The notes under the pieces were generated by a model. The model did no database searches, was not told the origin of the DNA, and was given only the letters and a program-made list of their open reading frames with translations. A DNA stretch of 12,379 bases from Candidatus Hadarchaeota archaeon (GTDB lineage Archaea > CAYQAE01 > CAYVLA01): contig CAYVLA010000093.1 in assembly GCA_964452145.1 (NCBI GenBank), positions 1 through 12,379 on the forward strand. The letters are read 5' to 3'. Both the position numbers and the translations under genes were made by a program. Shown in pieces: positions 1-6,636 of the stretch (positions are counted from its first letter, which is position 1; each line of letters opens with the position of its first letter).

Positions 1-116
1 ACAACCCTCCCGCCCAGGTTCCCAGTCTGGCGTATTCGAGATCGATTGACGTCCATCCCTCGGCAGTGATCGCATGGGCAGCAACCGAAACCAATTCTTC
101 GACCAGCGCCTCCCCA

Positions 117-125
117 TTTTTATTC
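117..125 (+). promoter_or_regulatory. Putative archaeal TATA-like box for the kinase gene
   Basis: TTTTTATTC is an AT-rich island about 30 nt upstream of the TTG start at 156. No SD is visible, consistent with a leaderless or short-leader transcript. Confidence 0.35.
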
Positions 126-155
126 TGCGAAGGCCGATACGCGGCTTGAACATCC

Positions 156-1256
156 TTGACCGTCTCAGTATCGGTGCCAGGCAGGATCAACATCCTGGGC
201 AACCCCACCGACGGGTTGGAGGGGGATTTCTGCACCCTATCCTGCGCGATCTCCCTCCGGTCCTACGGCGTCTTTGAGAGCAGCGATGACTTCGTCGTCG
301 AGGTCAAGGGCTCAAGGGCGGCATCCGAGCCCAAACGCGTACTCACCAACGAGTTCCGATACAACGGCAAATACGACATCGTGAAGGCGTCCATCCGCCA
401 GCTTCAGAGAGAATCGGAGGATTTCGCCGAGAAATTCTCCAAGAGCAAGTTCAAGCTCACCACCTGGACGGACATCCCGCCCCGCAGCGGCCTGGGTGGC
501 TCCTCGGCCATAATCAACATGGTTCTGGTGGGGCTGAGGGAGCTCTACGATCTGGACACCAAGCACTTCAATGACTACAGGTTGGCCGAGATCTGCACCA
601 GGGTGGAGTTCGACGAGCTAGGGTTCACATGTGGATACTCGGATAGGTATGTTACCCTTCTGGGCGGGCTGGCCTACATCGACTATCGGGGCAAACTTGA
701 GCACAAAGCCATAGACCAGGAGCCATACGCCACGTACGAGAGGCTGGAGCAGTACGTCCCAAATCTACCCATCTTCATCGTCTACTCCGGCATATCTAGG
801 GATTCGGGCAACGTCCACGGCGTCCTCAGGAAGCGTTACCTGGACGAGCTTGCCGATCCGCGCTCACAGGCCGACGGGTTCATACTGGACGGGATGGAGA
901 GGATCGCCCAGACGGCACGGGAAGGCAAGAAGCGATTGCTCGAACATGACTGGAAGTCTTTGGGGCAGCTGATGAACCAGAACCATGCGCTCATCGATGA
1001 CATGATGCGCAAATCCGGGTTCCAGGACGGCGCCGGCTGGGCCAATAACCAGCTCATTCGCGGATGTCTGGCCTCGGGTGCCCTCGGCGCAAAGCTCACC
1101 GGGGCAGGCGGGGGCGGATGCGTCTTCGCCTTGACGGATCCGGACGGTCTTAAGGAATCCAAGGAACGCATGCGGGGCTACCTCAAGGAGACCGAGCTTG
1201 GGGACGCCAGGATCCTTGACTTTCAGCTGTCGAGACACGGCTATCGGGTCTTCTAG
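156..1256 (+). CDS. GHMP-family sugar kinase, glucuronokinase-like
   Basis: 366 aa, TTG start. GHMP motif I PGRINILGNPTD, ATP-binding motif II IPPRSGLGGSSA, motif III GAKLTGAGGGG, plus ELG..CG..DR. GNPxD and DSGNVHGVLRKRYLD resemble glucuronokinase as recalled (GNPSD; DSGKVHSxVRxRWL), not GalK (GEHxDY). GHMP membership is secure; the substrate is an inference. Confidence 0.9.
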   Translation: MTVSVSVPGRINILGNPTDGLEGDFCTLSCAISLRSYGVFESSDDFVVEVKGSRAASEPKRVLTNEFRYNGKYDIVKASIRQLQRESEDFAEKFSKSKFKLTTWTDIPPRSGLGGSSAIINMVLVGLRELYDLDTKHFNDYRLAEICTRVEFDELGFTCGYSDRYVTLLGGLAYIDYRGKLEHKAIDQEPYATYERLEQYVPNLPIFIVYSGISRDSGNVHGVLRKRYLDELADPRSQADGFILDGMERIAQTAREGKKRLLEHDWKSLGQLMNQNHALIDDMMRKSGFQDGAGWANNQLIRGCLASGALGAKLTGAGGGGCVFALTDPDGLKESKERMRGYLKETELGDARILDFQLSRHGYRVF

Positions 1257-1351
1257 TGTGGTGTATCCTAGGTCCCGGAAGCTTTGCGCATTGTCGCCTT
1301 TGGGTCCTGTCGAAATAAGTACGAATCCGTTGGATACACCACCACCACACT
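1255..1351. repeat. Inverted repeat just downstream of the kinase stop codon
   Basis: GTGGTGTATCC (1258-1268) is the exact reverse complement of GGATACACCAC (1332-1342). It extends to 14 bp (AGTGTG-GTGTATCC / GGATACAC-[CACCAC]-CACACT) if a 6-nt bulge is allowed. Confidence 0.6.
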
Positions 1352-1457
1352 GCAGTACATCTGCCCAACGCTGTCACCGGCAAGGGGAGGTCTCCAAGGG
1401 ACGTCGTCCCTCCCTGAGATGATGGACCCAGAACAAGGTGGGCGACAGGCGTCGACT

Positions 1458-2360
1458 TCAGCCGACACGGTCCGATCTGGCAAGTATCGTTTCCAGGTCG
1501 CGTCTGAACTCGGGTCCTATCTCGGGATCCCTGAGACACATGTCGACGAATGCGGCTGCGTAGGTGCGAAGGTTCCCGATATCGTGCCGCTTCTCGTTGC
1601 TGTCCAGCATAAAGCCCCAGACGGGTTTGCCCTCCTGCAGAAGCAGTCTCATCGCATCCGTGAGCTGCTTCTCGCCGCCCAGTCCGCGGGGCGTCTTCCC
1701 TATCGCTTCGAAGATGCATGGCTCAAAGACGTATCTGGCCGCGATCGCAAGGTTCGAAGGGGCCGCCTGGACGGAGGGCTTCTCGACCAGGTCCACCAGC
1801 TTCATCATCAATCCATCGGCGAGCTGGGGCTTGACGATGCCAAATCTGTGCACATCGCTCCGGGCCACCTTCTCGACGGCGACCGTCGCGGCGGCTCCCG
1901 TTCTGGTGTGAGCGTCGAGGAGTTTCCATAGGAAGCTGCCTCCGGCGTAGCTCTGGATTATGGTGTCCCCCAGGCTTACGGCGAACGGTTCGCCGTCGAC
2001 GAAGTTCTGCCCCAGCATCACTGCGTCGGCCAGGCCGGTTGGCTCGGGCTGCCGCGTGTAGAATATCTGGGTCTCGGTCTTCTCCAGGAAGTTGATTTCG
2101 TCTATGGCTTCCTGGTTACCCTTGTTCCTCAGGGTGTCCTCCAGGAGGAGGTTGCGGTCGAAGTGATCCTCGATTGTCCTCTTCTGGGCACCCGTGACGA
2201 TCAGGATCTGCCGTATCCCGGCGCCCACGGCCTCCTCCACGACATGCTGGATCACGGGCTTCCGCCCGACCGGGACCATCTCCTTGGGCTGGGACTTGGT
2301 GGCGGGGAGAAGCCTGGTCCCAAGGCCAGCAGCAGGGATGATGCACTTGGTTATCTTCAT
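1458..2360 (-). CDS. galU: UTP--glucose-1-phosphate uridylyltransferase (GalU-like) nucleotidylyltransferase, paralog 1
   Basis: 300 aa with PAAGLGTRLLPATK.QPKEM, IEDHFD, YTRQ.EPTGLADA, LGD, VEKP, EKQLTDA and HDIG motifs. AGGAGG SD lies 4 nt upstream of the ATG. Confidence 0.9.
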   Translation of the reverse strand: MKITKCIIPAAGLGTRLLPATKSQPKEMVPVGRKPVIQHVVEEAVGAGIRQILIVTGAQKRTIEDHFDRNLLLEDTLRNKGNQEAIDEINFLEKTETQIFYTRQPEPTGLADAVMLGQNFVDGEPFAVSLGDTIIQSYAGGSFLWKLLDAHTRTGAAATVAVEKVARSDVHRFGIVKPQLADGLMMKLVDLVEKPSVQAAPSNLAIAARYVFEPCIFEAIGKTPRGLGGEKQLTDAMRLLLQEGKPVWGFMLDSNEKRHDIGNLRTYAAAFVDMCLRDPEIGPEFRRDLETILARSDRVG

Positions 2361-2381
2361 GCATCCTCCTTGCCCGAGCGC

Positions 2382-3446
2382 CTAATTAAGGATGGCCGCT
2401 CCATCCGGCAAGGATCGATCAGCGCGTTTGGACACGTTCGCATCCCGGCCAACTGAGACCCGGATGACGCCCCGGCAGACCTTCATCAGCTCGGCGGCCA
2501 GCTCCTCTATTCGGCCGGCGCTTGCAACCGCGACGATCGAACCCGATCCACCGGCTCCGGTCCACTTCGCCCCGAACGCCCCTCCTTCTCGAGCGGCCTG
2601 AAGGGCCCTGTACAACAGAGGGCTCCCAAGTTCGCTCTCGCAGAAAGGCCTCAGCCCCCTATCGTAGCAGGCCTGGTTCTCGTCCATCAGTTGGCCGAGA
2701 CGCTCGAGACTGCACCGTCCCTCCATCTCGGCCCTGGCCTTCCTGACTATTCGGGGGATATCCGTGCCCAACGTCCTCACTATGAGGGGATCCTGCCTTT
2801 CGAAATAGTGCTGGTTCAGGGTGTTGAGGATCTTGCGGGTATCCCGTTCCCCTCCGACGTCGGCTATGATGATGGGGATCTCTCTGCGAAGGCTCACTCT
2901 CTGGTAGCTGAAATCCTTCGAGAAATCCATGAACAAGGGGTGGTCGAAGACGGACGCCGTTTGATCCATCATGCCGCAACCAATGCCCAGGATGCCCCTC
3001 TCCGCCCTGTAGGATATCCGCACCAGGTCGTCGGGAGTAAGCCCAAGACGGAAGAGATCTGACAGCGCACTGGTAACGGAGACGCACAGGGCTGCGGAGG
3101 AGGAGAGTCCCCTGCGCATCGGGACATCCGATGTGATCGAGAGCCGTGACCCCTTCAGATCCGGGAACCGCTCCAGGAGAGCGGCGTAGACCGCGTTCAC
3201 GTACTTCAGGGACGAGCCGCGAAGGGGGATCTCGGTGGCGTGATCCACTTCAAACGAAGCGCTCTCCTTGAGGCCGTGGACGAGGTTGTCCGCCGAGACG
3301 TGGACCATATCGTCGTCTGAGCGCGTCGCAACCGTGGTGATCCTCCGGTCGATGGAGGACGCGATGACCTGTCTCCGGGCCCAGTCGCAGTGATCACCCC
3401 AGAGACAGACACGCGCAAATCCCACTCCGCGGCCTTGAACCGTCAC
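2382..3446 (-). CDS. GHMP-family sugar kinase (galactokinase-like, atypical substrate motif)
   Basis: 354 aa with ARVCLWGDHCDW (motif I), DVPMRRGLSSSAA (motif II), AE..ILGIGCGMMDQ and GAKWTGAGGSG. The GTG start overlaps the upstream TGA stop (GTGA, 3443-3446). Confidence 0.88.
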   Translation of the reverse strand: MTVQGRGVGFARVCLWGDHCDWARRQVIASSIDRRITTVATRSDDDMVHVSADNLVHGLKESASFEVDHATEIPLRGSSLKYVNAVYAALLERFPDLKGSRLSITSDVPMRRGLSSSAALCVSVTSALSDLFRLGLTPDDLVRISYRAERGILGIGCGMMDQTASVFDHPLFMDFSKDFSYQRVSLRREIPIIIADVGGERDTRKILNTLNQHYFERQDPLIVRTLGTDIPRIVRKARAEMEGRCSLERLGQLMDENQACYDRGLRPFCESELGSPLLYRALQAAREGGAFGAKWTGAGGSGSIVAVASAGRIEELAAELMKVCRGVIRVSVGRDANVSKRADRSLPDGAAILN

Positions 3447-4555
3447 CGGACCAGTCCTCTCCTATCCATCTCACGCTCGGCCTCGCCGAAGAGATCGGCT
3501 GAGGGCTGGGATCTGCTCCATTCGTAGAACTCCTTGATGGCTCTCTGGAAGTCCATTCTCGGCCTGTAGCCGTGGGAGGATATCCTCGAGATGTCAGCGA
3601 AGCAGTGCCTCACATCGCCGGCCCTGAACTTGCCAGGCACCTCGGGCTTCAAGGAAGCGCCGTGGAGGCCGATCAGCTCCTCGGCCACGCTGAGAACCGA
3701 TGTGGGCTTTCCGGATCCCACGTTGAATACCTCATGATCCATGGAGCGCCTCCTCATTGCCAAGAGGTTGGCCTGTACAACGTCGTGAACCGAGACGAAG
3801 TCCCGCGTCTGCTTTCCGTCCTCGTAGATAACCGGGGGATTGCCCTCCCTGATCCTGGAGGAGAAGATGGCACAGATGCCTGTATAGGGATTGGCGAGGG
3901 ACTGCCCCGGGCCCAGCACGTTGAAGTACCTAAGCGCCACAACGGGGATGCCGTAGGCCCTGCCCACCTGCAGGCACAGCTCCTCCTCATCCCGCTTGGT
4001 CACCGCATAGACCGTGGTTGGGTGCAGCGGCTTGGTCTCATCCGTGGGCAGCGGGGTCGCCACCGAGCCGCAACTGGGGCAGACCATCTCCCACCGCCTC
4101 CTCCGAAGGGCCGAGGCAGGCCGCACGGACGGGCTGAACGAACCGCATCGGCGGCAGAGATACCTGCCCTCGCCGTATACCGTGTTGGATGAAGCAACGA
4201 TGAGCCGGGCCACATCGTTCTGCTCGTTGGCCAAGATGTCCAGAAGGTTGGCCGTGCCGCCCGAGTTCACCTCCACATACCTTCGGATCTGGAACATGCT
4301 CTGGGCAACCCCGACCGCCGCGGCCTGGTGAAAGACGATCTCCACGCCCTCCAAAGCCCTTCTGACGATGTCGGCGTCCCTGATGTCGCCCCGCACAATG
4401 GCGGCCCCCCTCGGACCAGCCTCACCCTGCCCATGGACCTGGGGCTCGAAGCTGTCCAGAACCCGGACTTCATGGCCCCTCACAACCAGCTCCCTGCAGA
4501 GGTGGGCTCCGATGAAGCCCGCTCCCCCCGTGACCAGCACGCTTCTGCTCGACAT
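3443..4555 (-). CDS. NAD-dependent NDP-sugar epimerase/dehydratase (extended SDR), WbiB-like subfamily with Zn-ribbon insert
   Basis: VLVTGGAGFIG Rossmann motif, catalytic S (ASSN) and YAVTK, plus RYFNVLGPGQSLANPYTG, YEDGKQTRDFV and FRAGDVRH, typical of WbiB-like 4-epimerases. Start placed at ATG 4555 (GGAG 5 nt upstream); ATG 4570 is an alternative. Confidence 0.9.
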   Translation of the reverse strand: MSSRSVLVTGGAGFIGAHLCRELVVRGHEVRVLDSFEPQVHGQGEAGPRGAAIVRGDIRDADIVRRALEGVEIVFHQAAAVGVAQSMFQIRRYVEVNSGGTANLLDILANEQNDVARLIVASSNTVYGEGRYLCRRCGSFSPSVRPASALRRRRWEMVCPSCGSVATPLPTDETKPLHPTTVYAVTKRDEEELCLQVGRAYGIPVVALRYFNVLGPGQSLANPYTGICAIFSSRIREGNPPVIYEDGKQTRDFVSVHDVVQANLLAMRRRSMDHEVFNVGSGKPTSVLSVAEELIGLHGASLKPEVPGKFRAGDVRHCFADISRISSHGYRPRMDFQRAIKEFYEWSRSQPSADLFGEAEREMDRRGLVR

Positions 4556-4608
4556 CGGTACTCCAGCCATGCACCGGACAAGTCCCTCAAAACTCTTACC
4601 GAGCGGCC

Positions 4609-5532
4609 TCAGGCCGCGTTGAGTAGTTCGCGGCGGGGCACGATCAGCCTGGAAAGGACGATGCCCAGAGAGAGCATGAGGGCAGGGATGAGCGGAAATG
4701 CGAGGGAACGATCAAGCCGGAATGGGTAGTAGAGGTCGGTGGCGGAGATTGCGGTCACCAGCAGTCCCCTGCCAATCCTCGGCAGCGTCTGTACCAGGAT
4801 CCCCAAGAACAGACAGAAGGCCGGGAACCACCAAGGATTCCCGTCCCGGGACGCACGGAGTACGTCCACTGCAACGGTTCCTAGGCCGAGCAGGAGGATA
4901 CACGTGACCCAGGGTTCAAGGGACATCGCCAGATCCCTCGGAATGGTTCCCATGTAGACTTTGCTGTGCACCATGGGTTCGCCCCGCCAGTGAGGTGAGG
5001 AAGCCAGGGTGGCGAGTCCGGCCGACAGGATCGAGATCGTCACGGCCAGGACCGCCGCTACTGCCAGGATCGAGCCAGCCTTTGTGCCTCCGGGCAGCCT
5101 CGATTTCGGGATCTTGGCCAGCAGGATGATGCTGGCCAGGGCAATGGCCGCGTAGACGACCAGTCTCTCGGCGTAGGCGAAAACGAACCAGAAGACAGGG
5201 ACCTGGGTCTTGTCCACCAGATCGGGGATGGCGGCGAGCCAAAGCCGGATGGCCAAGTTCACCAAGGCGAAACCAACGGCAAAGGACGCCATGAAGATGA
5301 GGGGTGAGCGAAGATCCCGGTCGGCGCCCAGGAGGCGATCGATCCTCCTGAGAACCCAGATCACCCCGAGGAGGAGAAGGATGGTATAGACGAGGAATGC
5401 GGCCCGCAAAGGAACGGACAGCGAAAGCAGGGACTCCGAGGGCAGACCCGCAGCCCCGAGGAGATCATCTCCGTAGCAATCCACAGAGATGATCGCGAGA
5501 AGCAGGACCCATAACAGATCGGCTGTGCGCAT
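4609..5532 (-). CDS. Uncharacterised multi-pass membrane protein (~307 aa)
   Basis: About 8-9 hydrophobic stretches by eye. It fills the gap between galU-2 and the epimerase on the same strand. Start moved to ATG 5532 (MRTADLLW...) because the longer ORF would overlap galU-2 by about 100 nt. Confidence 0.75.
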   Translation of the reverse strand: MRTADLLWVLLLAIISVDCYGDDLLGAAGLPSESLLSLSVPLRAAFLVYTILLLLGVIWVLRRIDRLLGADRDLRSPLIFMASFAVGFALVNLAIRLWLAAIPDLVDKTQVPVFWFVFAYAERLVVYAAIALASIILLAKIPKSRLPGGTKAGSILAVAAVLAVTISILSAGLATLASSPHWRGEPMVHSKVYMGTIPRDLAMSLEPWVTCILLLGLGTVAVDVLRASRDGNPWWFPAFCLFLGILVQTLPRIGRGLLVTAISATDLYYPFRLDRSLAFPLIPALMLSLGIVLSRLIVPRRELLNAA

Positions 5533-5554
5533 AATACAAAGCCCCAGGTCGGAC

Positions 5555-6436
5555 CTACAGCATCCGCGGGAGTACCTTTCGGAGTCTGGGACCGAGCTCC
5601 GGGTCACGCAGACACATGTCGATGAAGGCCAGCGCATATGAATACGGAGTACCAATGTCGTGGATGATGGTGCCGTGCGTCATGATTCGTCCCCAGACCG
5701 GTTTGCCCTCCCTCACCAGCACGCAGATGGCATCCGTGAGTTGCTTCTCGCCGCCAACGCCTGCCCCTATCGCCTTGATGGCGTTGAAGACTTCGGGGTT
5801 GAACACGTAACGACCCACGATGGCGAGGTTGCTCGGGGCCCCGCTTGGGGAGGGCTTCTCGACCAGGTCCATGATCCTCGCCTCATCACCCTCAAGCTGG
5901 GCCCTGACGATGCCGTAGCGTCCGACGTCCTCGGGGTCAACCCTCTCAAGGGCGAAGCTTGCGGCGGCCTGCTTCTCCATATGCATCTGGATCAGCGAGG
6001 ACAAGAACAGCCCGCCGTTCGGGCTGACGACGATGTTGTCCCCCAGGGAGACGACGAATGGCTCGCCGTCCACGAAGACCTCAGCCAGCGAGACGGCATC
6101 CGCAAGGCCGGTTGGCTTGGCCTGGCGGGTGTAGAGAAGCTGGACATCCGCGCGGTCGTAGAGATTCGCATCCTTGCACGGCGAGTTGCCCCCCTTCCTG
6201 TCGAGTTCCTCCTCAAGCACGTGGTCGTAGTCGAAGTGGTCCTCGATGCTCCTCTTCTTCGAGCCCGTCACTATCAGGATCTCTCTGAGCCCGGCCTGGA
6301 TCGCTTCCTCGACCACGTACTGGATGGCCGGCTTCCTCCCCACAGGCACCATCTCCTTGGGCTGTGACTTGGTGGCCGGAAGGAGCCTCGTCCCGAGGCC
6401 GGCGGCAGGTATGACGCACTTTCTGACCTTTGCCAT
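5555..6436 (-). CDS. galU: UTP--glucose-1-phosphate uridylyltransferase (GalU-like) nucleotidylyltransferase, paralog 2
   Basis: 293 aa with the same motif set as paralog 1 (PAAGLGTRLLPATKSQPKEM, IEDHFD, GLADA, LGDN, VEKP, AIVGRY, EKQLTDA, HDIG). Confidence 0.9.
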   Translation of the reverse strand: MAKVRKCVIPAAGLGTRLLPATKSQPKEMVPVGRKPAIQYVVEEAIQAGLREILIVTGSKKRSIEDHFDYDHVLEEELDRKGGNSPCKDANLYDRADVQLLYTRQAKPTGLADAVSLAEVFVDGEPFVVSLGDNIVVSPNGGLFLSSLIQMHMEKQAAASFALERVDPEDVGRYGIVRAQLEGDEARIMDLVEKPSPSGAPSNLAIVGRYVFNPEVFNAIKAIGAGVGGEKQLTDAICVLVREGKPVWGRIMTHGTIIHDIGTPYSYALAFIDMCLRDPELGPRLRKVLPRML

Positions 6437-6466
6437 CGGGGGATCGCTATCCGTTCAGGTGCCTCG

Positions 6467-6480
6467 GATATTAATCCTCT
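6467..6480 (-). promoter_or_regulatory. Putative archaeal promoter (purine-rich BRE-like + TATA) for the galU-2 operon
   Basis: The minus strand reads AGAGGATTAATATC, with the ATTAATAT core about 31 nt upstream of ATG 6436. Confidence 0.45.
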
Positions 6481-6588
6481 TGAGCCGTCGGGAGAACGCC
6501 GATCTGACGCCTTCCAAGCCGTCCCATCTGGGCCGGCTGCTCATAGAGATGCGATCTGCGACGGTCGGAGACCAGGTGCATCTGGCCA

Positions 6589-6633
6589 AGCAAGGCTATT
6601 TGAGGTCGGAGGCTGAACGGCTTTCAAGGTGAA
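6589..6633 (+). promoter_or_regulatory. Putative promoter and SD for the dehydrogenase-GT4 operon
   Basis: AGCAAGGC-TATTTGAG lies about 33 nt upstream of the start. An archaeal-type SD AGGTGA lies 4 nt before GTG 6637. Confidence 0.3.
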
Positions 6634-6636
6634 TTC

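Noticed and set aside
1..155. Possible 5' end of a divergent minus-strand gene at the window edge
   Set aside because: Several minus frames are open across this short stretch and none has a recognisable motif, so no frame or start can be chosen.
1337..1348. Short (CAC)4 run
   Set aside because: Too short for a contingency locus and it forms part of the inverted repeat arm.
1301..1430. Hammerhead-like elements (CGAAA at 1311-1315, CTGAGATGA at 1414-1422, flanking helix)
   Set aside because: The core does not match CUGANGA and stem I cannot form next to it, so it is not called a ribozyme. No RNase P, SRP or tRNA signatures were seen either.
1268..1483. 71-aa minus-strand ORF spanning the intergenic gap
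   Set aside because: No SD or motif and it overlaps the galU-1 end. It cannot be excluded but is unsupported.
1284..1931. 215-aa plus-strand ORF (and the similar 235-aa ORF at 5660..6367)
   Set aside because: Antisense shadows of the two galU genes; their mutual similarity is explained by the paralogy and GC-rich codon usage.
156..3446. Interpretation of the two GHMP kinases as mevalonate-pathway enzymes
   Set aside because: Motif I variants and the all-sugar-nucleotide context (no HMGR, IDI or decarboxylase nearby) favour sugar kinases.
5533..5655. N-terminal extension of the 4609..5655 ORF
   Set aside because: It overlaps galU-2 on the same strand and is low-quality sequence; ATG 5532 is preferred.
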